Below are positions 1 to 6,428 of a stretch of DNA of 18,984 bases, in pieces. A program made the translations under genes and the position numbers. The DNA comes from a virus: the IMG/VR virus record IMGVR_UViG_3300045988_168459, one strand, 5' to 3'. A model generated the notes under the pieces. It did not search any database. It saw nothing but the letters and a program-made list of their open reading frames with translations, and was not told the origin of the DNA. Position 1 is the stretch's first letter. Every line of letters starts with the position of its first letter.

Positions 1-248
1 AAAAAATGCCTTAGCACATTTTTCGGGTGGTATCTTTCCCCCCATTAAGTAGTAATCAATACCATATAGGTAAAACATCTGTTCGCTTGTCCTATATAGT
101 ATACATTACCATATATTCATACAGTTCCATACATAATATATAGTATCAAATACCGTATAATAATCCTATATATAATTATAACATTATTGCTCCATATCTT
201 GATATAATATTTGTCGAAAATTTTTATAAATTTCTTTTAAATATTTAT
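1..248. repeat. Left inverted terminal repeat (ITR), 248 bp
   Basis: Checked block by block: 1-248 is the exact reverse complement of 18737-18984. The match breaks at 249 (c) against 18736 (a). The terminus starts AAAAAA. Confidence 0.97.
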
Positions 249-258
249 CCAAAAAGTA

Positions 259-287
259 TTGCATTTTTTGTTTAAATATTATATAAT
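259..287 (+). promoter_or_regulatory. Sigma-A-type promoter for the left-arm operon (TTGCAT-17-TATAAT)
   Basis: TTGCAT at 259-264, a 17-nt spacer, TATAAT at 282-287. It lies just inside the ITR boundary and about 50 nt upstream of the first RBS/ATG (339). Confidence 0.6.
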
Positions 288-338
288 TAAATCATGGAAA
301 GGGAATTAAATATTAAAGGTTAAAAGGAGATTAGTATT

Positions 339-851
339 ATGAAAAAATTAGTGTTCGGAAAAGGGTTAAATACAAGAGAAGAAAGAGATATAAAAAACTA
401 TGGTAAAGAATTAAACAATATGAAAAAATATTTAGTTAAAGAATTAGGTTTATCATTAACTAAAGCGCATAAAGTTATACAAACTTTAAATAGAAACAAC
501 AAAGTAATATTTAATAATGGTGAAAATAGTTTCTTTATAAAGGTTAAAGAGGTGGAAGAAATGAAAAAATTAGTAGCAGTTGTTAAAAATACAGAGGGAA
601 GAATAGAAATATTAAAATATGAATATAAAACAAAGAAAGCTTTTGAAAAGGATATAAAGGCTAACGGTTATTCTATAGTTTATTCATATATATTTACAAG
701 TGAAGAATATGAAAAATTTCTTAATGAAGATGTTAAATTTATGTCATGGTTTGAAAAAAGATTAAACAAAAGAAGAGTGTCTAATCAAAATGCTAATATT
801 AGAAAAAGAAACAAAATAGCATGGCAAAGGGAAGATGTTGCAAGTTTCTAA
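339..851 (+). CDS. Hypothetical early protein, 170 aa, with a possible N-terminal HTH (LVKELGLSLTKAHKVIQTL)
   Basis: ORF with RBS AAAGGAG 8 nt upstream of the ATG. An internal in-frame ATG at 561 has its own GAGGTGG RBS and repeats the MKKLV start. No family recognised. Confidence 0.7.
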   Translation: MKKLVFGKGLNTREERDIKNYGKELNNMKKYLVKELGLSLTKAHKVIQTLNRNNKVIFNNGENSFFIKVKEVEEMKKLVAVVKNTEGRIEILKYEYKTKKAFEKDIKANGYSIVYSYIFTSEEYEKFLNEDVKFMSWFEKRLNKRRVSNQNANIRKRNKIAWQREDVASF

Positions 852-867
852 AATAGGAGGTAAAGAA

Positions 868-1032
868 ATGAAAAGGTTATTAAATTTATGTAATAAATAC
901 GGTTTAAAGTATAAAGGTAGAAACTCAAAAGGTTTCTATCTTGTATATAATGAAACTAACAGACAATTAATAAAAGGTTGTACAATAGAAAGTACAATAT
1001 CAATAATAAATAAATATTATAAGGACGTTTAA
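868..1032 (+). CDS. Hypothetical protein, 54 aa
   Basis: The ORF track gives 835..1032. The ATG at 868 is preceded by AGGAGG (855-860) at good spacing, so the shorter start is preferred. Confidence 0.6.
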   Translation: MKRLLNLCNKYGLKYKGRNSKGFYLVYNETNRQLIKGCTIESTISIINKYYKDV

Positions 1033-1053
1033 TTTATCTTTATATAAAAGGGG

Positions 1054-1410
1054 TTGAGGGTTATTAATATAAAATGTATAAACAATTATTTATTAAAAAA
1101 CTATTTAACTATAGGTAAACTTTATAATGTTGAACTGAAAGAAAATAGAGGATTTACAATTATAGATGATACTGGTAATTTATTTGTTTATTGCTCTGAT
1201 AGGTTTACAATAGTAGATGACTTACCAGTTGTAACTAGTTTTAAATTAATAAAAGCAATAAATTCAGTTGGTATAAGTAAATATAAAATAATATCTAAGA
1301 ACAGTAAATATGTTGTATTAGAAGAAACAAGTACAAGCTATTATGTTATAAATGACAAAGGTGCAAAAGGTAAATATCCAAAAGCAAATTTTCAAGTTAT
1401 AAAGGGGTAA
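1054..1410 (+). CDS. Hypothetical protein, 118 aa, with two internal repeats of about 45 aa
   Basis: Long ORF. The TTG start sits directly after AAAAGGGG, which is very tight spacing, so the exact start is uncertain. The two halves share the pattern E-x3-[FY]-x-[IV]I[DN]D-x-G-x4-Y-x4-F-x-[IV]. Confidence 0.6.
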   Translation: MRVINIKCINNYLLKNYLTIGKLYNVELKENRGFTIIDDTGNLFVYCSDRFTIVDDLPVVTSFKLIKAINSVGISKYKIISKNSKYVVLEETSTSYYVINDKGAKGKYPKANFQVIKG

Positions 1411-1414
1411 TAAT

Positions 1415-1597
1415 ATGGGAAAGAGAATTGAAAATAGAATAAATAAAATAGAAAATACAGAATATCTTGCATATAAAGAGCCTATTGAAGCTATACGTTA
1501 TATTAAAAAGGCATATGGATTTAAATATTTATCTCAAGCGCGTGAGATTTATAAAAATTGGCGTAAGGAATATATAAAAGACAATATGAGGTGGTAA
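1415..1597 (+). CDS. Hypothetical protein, 60 aa
   Basis: ORF with RBS AAAGGGG 8 nt upstream, tightly packed after the preceding gene. Confidence 0.6.
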   Translation: MGKRIENRINKIENTEYLAYKEPIEAIRYIKKAYGFKYLSQAREIYKNWRKEYIKDNMRW

Positions 1598-1600
1598 ATT

Positions 1601-1714
1601 ATGGTCAATAATCAATTATGGGTAAATTATAAATTATACTGTTACAAAAACGGATTTACAGAGGGTAATTATAGAGTGTTTAGAGAATTTATGATAAAAA
1701 ACTTTACAATTTAA
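1601..1714 (+). CDS. Hypothetical micro-protein, 37 aa (MVNNQLWVNYKLYCYKNGFTEGNYRVFREFMIKNFTI), not in the ORF track
   Basis: ATG at 1601 is preceded by GAGGTGG, which overlaps the stop of the previous gene. TAA at 1712-1714. Confidence 0.4.
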   Translation: MVNNQLWVNYKLYCYKNGFTEGNYRVFREFMIKNFTI

Positions 1715-1731
1715 GGTTAAAATCATACAAT
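1703..1731 (+). promoter_or_regulatory. Promoter TTTACA-17-TACAAT
   Basis: TTTACA at 1703-1708, a 17-nt spacer, TACAAT at 1726-1731. The -10 lies in the loop of a 10-bp-stem hairpin (1713-1722 pairs with 1755-1764). Confidence 0.5.
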
Positions 1732-1737
1732 ATAGTA

Positions 1738-1864
1738 TAATCCTAATTTAAACTTTTTAACCTTTTTTCTATTTTTCTATAACATTTATTTTATCAGTAT
1801 TTTAATCAATCTATCTCAAAACTTGAACAGAATTAAGAGTAACAAAATAGTTACTCTTTTTTCT
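1738..1864 (+). ncRNA. Candidate small RNA of about 125 nt, bracketed by a promoter and a terminator
   Basis: No ORF or RBS between the promoter at 1703-1731 and the intrinsic terminator at 1835-1862. The sequence is U-rich. Ends are predicted only. Confidence 0.25.
1835..1862 (+). terminator. Rho-independent terminator
   Basis: Stem AAGAGTAAC (1835-1843) pairs with GTTACTCTT (1850-1858) around the loop AAAATA, followed by a T-run. Confidence 0.7.
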
Positions 1865-1883
1865 TTTTATTTTAAAAATTTTA

Positions 1884-1912
1884 TTAACATTTTTAATTAA
1901 ATAACGTACAAT
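1884..1912 (+). promoter_or_regulatory. Promoter TTAACA-17-TACAAT for the ssb-like gene
   Basis: TTAACA at 1884-1889, a 17-nt spacer, TACAAT at 1907-1912, about 45 nt upstream of the ATG at 1958. Confidence 0.55.
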
Positions 1913-1957
1913 ATATTATAAGGAAAAATAAAATATTAAAAAGGGGATTTTAACATT

Positions 1958-2383
1958 ATGAACAAAGTATTTATCAATGGGAATTTAACAAAAGACATGG
2001 AAGTTAATGTATTGCAAACTGGTACTTATGTAGGTAAGTTTACAGTTGCAAATACTGTAGGATTTGGTGATAAGAAAAAGACTTATTTTGTACCTTGTAC
2101 ATTATTTGGAAAGAGAGTTGAAAGTTTAGAGAAATTATTACTTAAAGGAACTGGAGTATTAATTGAAGGTCAACTTGATATAACAAATAAGCAAGATGAA
2201 AATGGTAATTGGAAGAATTACGTTAATGTTGTTGTTACAGAAATAGAAATAACAAAATTTAAAGAAGTTGTTAATTATGATGATAAGACAGTTGAAGAGT
2301 TAAGACAAATTTGTAAAGATAAAAATATAAAATTCACATATAAAGATACTAAAGAAGTTTTAATAAAGAAAATAAATGCTTAA
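1958..2383 (+). CDS. ssb: Single-stranded DNA-binding protein (bacterial SSB-type OB fold) with a C-terminal HeH/SAP-like motif
   Basis: The N-terminus MNKVFINGNLTKDMEV...FTVA...FVPCTLFGKRVESLEKLLLKGTGVLIEGQL...NYVNVVVTEIEI follows the canonical SSB OB-fold pattern. The C-terminus TVEELRQICKDKNIKFTYKDTKEVLIKKI resembles a HeH/Rho-N/SAP motif. There is no acidic tail. Confidence 0.85.
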   Translation: MNKVFINGNLTKDMEVNVLQTGTYVGKFTVANTVGFGDKKKTYFVPCTLFGKRVESLEKLLLKGTGVLIEGQLDITNKQDENGNWKNYVNVVVTEIEITKFKEVVNYDDKTVEELRQICKDKNIKFTYKDTKEVLIKKINA

Positions 2384-2398
2384 AGGAGAATATAAATT

Positions 2399-2668
2399 AT
2401 GTTAGAAAAATTAGAACTATTAAAAATTGAAGTTGAACAAGAAATTGAAACAATAAAGGAACAATTAAAAGTTTCAAAAGCTGATGTTAAGAAACTTGAA
2501 AATGGTAAAAAAGTAGTAGTTGATATAGGCGTTGATGTTAACCAAATTGATAAAAGAATAAGTTCTACAATTCATTTTATTGAAAATTTAAATAATAGAG
2601 TATCTGTATTAAAGAAAGTTAAATATAGATTAGAAATAGCAGAAAAAATGTTACATGAAATAGAATAA
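2399..2668 (+). CDS. Hypothetical coiled-coil protein, 89 aa
   Basis: ORF with RBS AAAGGAG. The sequence is heptad-like and rich in charged residues. Confidence 0.6.
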   Translation: MLEKLELLKIEVEQEIETIKEQLKVSKADVKKLENGKKVVVDIGVDVNQIDKRISSTIHFIENLNNRVSVLKKVKYRLEIAEKMLHEIE

Positions 2669-2705
2669 TAAATAATCATTGCAATTCACCTCTTTAAATA
2701 GATTT

Positions 2706-2730
2706 AGAGCAGAGAATATCTGCTCTTTTT
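2706..2730. terminator. Bidirectional intrinsic terminator between convergent operons
   Basis: Stem AGAGCAG (2706-2712) pairs with CTGCTCT (2720-2726) around a 7-nt loop, with a T-run after it on the plus strand. It lies between the stop at 2668 (+) and the stop at 2729 (-). Confidence 0.7.
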
Positions 2731-3727
2731 ATTTTACTCCTAAATCTTTTAACATTTCATACATAGCTATTTTTATTTCTATACTTTTAAATCTAACTTT
2801 ACCAAACTGAAAATATCTTATTAAGTTATTAAAACAACTATTCCCAATATATTTATTATTTAAGAATGTATTGTCGTTATGGTCGGACGCTAACACGCTA
2901 AAACATTTTGCAGTTTTAGTGGGTTTATCAGTAATGTATAGTATATCTTTTACAACATTACCCCAAATCATATATTTTTTGTTTTTGTATTCAACCGAGA
3001 AATATTCATCACAATGCTTTAAACTCATTTGCTCTACAAATGTATTGCTATCTCTTAAAGATTTATTTTCAATAGCATAATCACTATATTTTGTATTTCT
3101 TATTAGTTTACCAAACTTTGTTTGCTTTTTCATTTCAATAAAAATGTCATCTGTATTGTATTCTATTACCATTTCTCCATCACGAAGTAATGTAAATCTT
3201 TCACCCTCAACTATTTTTGCATTGAAATAAGTAAAGTAGGGATTAACTTTAGTAATGTTATTAGCTAAGAAAAACATTCTTACATTATTTCTAGTTCTTG
3301 CAACAGTTTCATAAAAATCTAAAGCAACATCAACTTCATTAGGAATATATCTCATACTTACGCTTTTATCAACAATAAATTCATCAAACATTATTGTAGT
3401 TACGTTTGGATAAGCAACCGATTTATACCTTTGTGAAACACTTAGTGCAACCGGAAATCCTGCGACTTTCCCATCTATATGAAATTTTCCCTGCTTATAT
3501 TCCAATTTGTTGTTTGGAAATTTATTTCTTATATCATCAAACCATTTATCATTATCTTTTAATTCTGTTTTCCACCTTCTTAAATATATAAACTGCTCAC
3601 CTTTTTTCAGAAAGTTTTTAATACATTTTTTTTTAAGTCCATAACTTTTACCAAACCCTCTATTTGTCAAAATAAAATTCCAAATCGCATTATAACTACA
3701 TATTTTATCATAATTGTAATAATTCAT
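2729..3727 (-). CDS. DNA encapsidation (packaging) ATPase, phi29 gp16-like
   Basis: Colinear with remembered phi29 gp16: Walker A RGFGKSY, GEQFIYLRRWK, DGKVAGF..LSV, AYPNV.TI.FDEF (Walker B), YIPNEV, NPYF. RBS AAGGAGG. Confidence 0.95.
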   Translation of the reverse strand: MNYYNYDKICSYNAIWNFILTNRGFGKSYGLKKKCIKNFLKKGEQFIYLRRWKTELKDNDKWFDDIRNKFPNNKLEYKQGKFHIDGKVAGFPVALSVSQRYKSVAYPNVTTIMFDEFIVDKSVSMRYIPNEVDVALDFYETVARTRNNVRMFFLANNITKVNPYFTYFNAKIVEGERFTLLRDGEMVIEYNTDDIFIEMKKQTKFGKLIRNTKYSDYAIENKSLRDSNTFVEQMSLKHCDEYFSVEYKNKKYMIWGNVVKDILYITDKPTKTAKCFSVLASDHNDNTFLNNKYIGNSCFNNLIRYFQFGKVRFKSIEIKIAMYEMLKDLGVK

Positions 3728-3748
3728 ATTTTACCTCCTTAAAGAAAA

Positions 3749-3765
3749 AGCACCATTTAGGTGCT
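3749..3765 (-). terminator. Short hairpin between the holin-like gene and the ATPase gene (possible attenuator)
   Basis: AGCACC - loop - GGTGCT palindrome, followed on the minus strand by TTTTCTTT. Confidence 0.35.
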
Positions 3766-3769
3766 TGTC

Positions 3770-3937
3770 TTATTTTTGAAATTTATTTTCTAAAGTTTCC
3801 ATGCGTGTTGATAATTCTTTTAATGTTACATTAAGATTAACTAATGCGTCTGTAAATTTAGCATTGTTAATAAACATTACAATACAACACCCGATTGGAA
3901 AACCTACATTTGAAATCATACTTACTATTTCTTCCAT
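3770..3937 (-). CDS. Holin-like small membrane protein, 55 aa (BhlA/UviB/YvrJ-like topology), not in the ORF track
   Basis: Hand translation gives MEEIVSMISNVGFPIGCCIVMFINNAKFTDALVNLNVTLKELSTRMETLENKFQK. This is one N-terminal TM segment plus a charged helical tail. An upstream purine-rich RBS (GAGAGAGG) is present. It occupies the phi29 gene-14 (holin) position just before the packaging ATPase. Confidence 0.55.
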   Translation of the reverse strand: MEEIVSMISNVGFPIGCCIVMFINNAKFTDALVNLNVTLKELSTRMETLENKFQK

Positions 3938-3982
3938 ATATTTTTACCTCTCTCATATAGTTTTACATAATTTAACTTATTG

Positions 3983-4543
3983 TTAATAAATAACTTTTAA
4001 ACTAATTTCTTTATTGGTTAAACTTATAGAATTATCGGTTACATTTGTGAACCTAAGACATAATACATTTTCATTTTCTATTCTATAATCATATATCACA
4101 CCATTTTCAATAGGTTCACTAAAATAAATATTAATTATAGATGTTTGAGGTATATTATCATCTAATGGTAACATAAAACATTTTGAAGTCTTTGGTTCAA
4201 TTATTGCATTTCCTCCAGTAATAAGCGATAAATCCGAAAAACTTTTTAAAGAAAAATTTAAATTTTTACTTATTTCTGTAATTAATTCATTTTTTAAATT
4301 GATAATTATATAGTTGTTTATTATTTCTTTTAAAGTCCCATCATCTTTCCATGTGTTAAGTATTTCTTTTACATTATCCTCTATACCTTCATTTTTTATC
4401 CAATCTAGTATTTCTGATGAATTGTTACATAAATCTATACATTCTTCTAATTTTTGAAAAAACTTACATTTCAATTCTTCGTTTGTCATTTCCGAAAAAT
4501 CATAAACTTTTTTTAATATATCCTCTGTAATCCCTTTTATCAA
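3983..4543 (-). CDS. Hypothetical late protein, 186 aa (possible tail or receptor-binding accessory)
   Basis: TTG start with RBS AAAGGAGG 8 nt upstream. It lies between the appendage and holin-like genes. No catalytic motif recognised. Confidence 0.7.
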   Translation of the reverse strand: MIKGITEDILKKVYDFSEMTNEELKCKFFQKLEECIDLCNNSSEILDWIKNEGIEDNVKEILNTWKDDGTLKEIINNYIIINLKNELITEISKNLNFSLKSFSDLSLITGGNAIIEPKTSKCFMLPLDDNIPQTSIINIYFSEPIENGVIYDYRIENENVLCLRFTNVTDNSISLTNKEISLKVIY

Positions 4544-4561
4544 ATTTATTCCTCCTTTTAT

Positions 4562-4598
4562 ACAATAAAATGTAAAATTTGCATTTACACTTTATTGT
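4562..4598. promoter_or_regulatory. 37-bp near-perfect palindrome overlapping the promoter -10
   Basis: On the minus strand ACAATAAAGTGTAAA-tgcaaat-TTTACATTTTATTGT forms 15 pairs if one G-T is allowed. It overlaps TACAAT at 4594-4599. Confidence 0.6.
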
Positions 4599-4622
4599 AT
4601 GTTTATATAATTATATCGTGAA
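4594..4622 (-). promoter_or_regulatory. Promoter TTCACG-17-TACAAT (minus strand)
   Basis: The reverse complement of 4617-4622 is TTCACG, then a 17-nt spacer, and the reverse complement of 4594-4599 is TACAAT. It shares the CATACAATAAAGTGTA context with 12371-12387. Confidence 0.45.
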
Positions 4623-4651
4623 TATAATACATAATTTTTATCAATTGCGAA

Positions 4652-6418
4652 TTAGTATTGATACATAGGGCAAGTTATATTAATTTTTAGAATATAATTT
4701 GTATCATTTTTAGAGTCGCAAAGAATGGTTCTACTATCATACATATCTTTTGTTGACATTATACGTATTTTTTGTTCACCAGAATTTATATAACCTCTTA
4801 TATACCCCATACATTGAAAGTTATTTTCGGTCATAATTCCATATTCAACTGGGAAAGAATAATCTCCATCTTTAAAATACATATAACTATTGGGTAACGT
4901 TCCTATACCTATACCAATTGTCGAAGGTAACACTCCTTTTTCGCTAGGGTTATATTCAAATTCAACTTGTAAAGAAAAAGTTTCTTGTGCTAATTTTATT
5001 ATATTTTTATTGATTGTTAATGATGTTGTAGTATTTATTAATTCATTGTTCATACAGCTTTGAAGTTTATTAAAACTATAAAAATGGTCTGTTGTATTTA
5101 GTTTTAACAATGTATGATTATTAGGGATATTTGTAATCTCATATTTATAGCTTCCATCTGTAGCTTTAAATCCATTCATTAAGCTACCATTCATTGATAC
5201 CCTATCTAGTAATGAAGCATTTGCGTCTTTGCAGTAGAAAATATAACCTTTATCTCCTTTTGAAAATATTTCATCACTTAATATTTCATAACTATTAAAA
5301 CCATAATTGTTAGTTATACTTAACTTTCCTTTATCCCCCATATAATAATATATTTGTTGGGTGTCGGGATAACATTTATCTAATATTACATGGTGATAAG
5401 AGTTCATTTTAAAAAATATTGAGTCTTTCCACATAACTTTAGGGTTCGTTATTAAACCATGAACCTCACTATAAAAGCAATTTCCTGAATTGTGTTCAAT
5501 AGAAATATGACAGTTAAATATATCCATATGGCTAACTACATTATCATAAACATTATTTTTAAAACCTATTGTATTAATTTTTGTTTTATTACCTTGTAAC
5601 CATATATAATTAAATTTATTAACATTCCCTTCATCACATTGAATACCTACACTATTTATATTTATAATTTTTATTGATTTAAATTCTCTTCTTTGAGAAA
5701 ATGAAAGTTTTAAACCTATATTTGAAATATTATTGCAATCTATAATAATATTTTCTATTTTACCATTATAACTATTTGAACCTTTATGATAAATGTCAAT
5801 TGCTGGATTTTCTGTAGTTGCCTTTATTGTAGAACCGTTGAAATTGGCATTTAATACACCATTTATATTTAATGTAGCATTTATTATATAAGTTTTATTT
5901 TTTTTTGAAACCAACAAAACATTATTAGATATAGCATAGTTTATAGCATTTTGTAATCTTTCAGTATCATTCGCTCCTTCAACCATTTCTGGTGTGATAA
6001 AAGTTGTAATATTATCCAATTCTGAATTAAATTCGTCAATTGTACTTTGAAAAGTTTCATTGTTTACTTTTTTATTAATTTCATTTTTATTTTCTTCAAT
6101 TTTATTACTATTTTCTTCAGCTTTATTTTTAGCATAATCAATTTTATTTTTATTATCTAATATTTCATTTTTATTAAATTCAATTTTATTATTTAGTTGA
6201 ACTTGTATATTTTCATCAATTATTATTCTTTTTAAACTTTCATAATCACTTTTAATTTTTTTCATTAAAGTAACTAAATTTGTATCACTTAATTTAATTT
6301 TTTCTGAAAGTTTTTCAATGACTTTTCCTAATCTCTTCCATTGCTGAAAGTCGATAGCATTTTGGTCTTGTAATTCTTTTACATTTTGTTGAATTTTGTT
6401 TATATCATTATCACTCAT
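4652..6418 (-). CDS. Pre-neck appendage / tailspike, 588 aa, with an N-terminal coiled coil and a right-handed beta-helix (pectate-lyase-like) domain
   Basis: Start moved to the ATG at 6418 (MSDNDINK), which has RBS AGGAGG. The track start at 6457 has none and overlaps the upstream gene. The beta-helix entry motif TPEMVEGANDTERLQNAINYA is followed by N/I/G-rich repeats. The position matches phi29 gene 12. Confidence 0.75.
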   Translation of the reverse strand: MSDNDINKIQQNVKELQDQNAIDFQQWKRLGKVIEKLSEKIKLSDTNLVTLMKKIKSDYESLKRIIIDENIQVQLNNKIEFNKNEILDNKNKIDYAKNKAEENSNKIEENKNEINKKVNNETFQSTIDEFNSELDNITTFITPEMVEGANDTERLQNAINYAISNNVLLVSKKNKTYIINATLNINGVLNANFNGSTIKATTENPAIDIYHKGSNSYNGKIENIIIDCNNISNIGLKLSFSQRREFKSIKIININSVGIQCDEGNVNKFNYIWLQGNKTKINTIGFKNNVYDNVVSHMDIFNCHISIEHNSGNCFYSEVHGLITNPKVMWKDSIFFKMNSYHHVILDKCYPDTQQIYYYMGDKGKLSITNNYGFNSYEILSDEIFSKGDKGYIFYCKDANASLLDRVSMNGSLMNGFKATDGSYKYEITNIPNNHTLLKLNTTDHFYSFNKLQSCMNNELINTTTSLTINKNIIKLAQETFSLQVEFEYNPSEKGVLPSTIGIGIGTLPNSYMYFKDGDYSFPVEYGIMTENNFQCMGYIRGYINSGEQKIRIMSTKDMYDSRTILCDSKNDTNYILKINITCPMYQY

Positions 6419-6428
6419 AATATACCTC

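Noticed and set aside
24-44. A GC-rich patch (GGGTGGTATCTTTCCCCCC) near the terminus as a hairpin
   Set aside because: The arms are not truly complementary (GGGTGG against CCCCCC), so no stable stem forms. It may still be a protein-recognition element, but I cannot support a structural call.
2871-3080. Plus-strand ORFs embedded antisense in well-supported minus-strand genes: 2871-3080, 3406-3591, 6481-6756, 8199-8381, 9439-9636, 11484-11666 and 11964-12173
   Set aside because: Each lies wholly inside a longer gene with clear phi29-family motifs on the other strand. None has a Shine-Dalgarno sequence. All translate to L/F/I/Y-rich low-complexity strings, as expected for the antisense of AT-rich coding DNA.
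3801-3986. Plus-strand 61-aa ORF in the gap between the ATPase gene and the 186-aa gene
   Set aside because: It has no RBS and runs against the direction of all neighbouring genes. The minus-strand 55-aa ORF in the same space (3770-3937) has an RBS, a clean TM segment with a charged tail, and syntenic support.
3960-3986. A possible promoter for the holin-like gene (TTAACA ... TAAAAC on the minus strand)
   Set aside because: The spacer is only 15 nt and the -10 is weak. The gene can be read through from the upstream promoter at 4594-4622.
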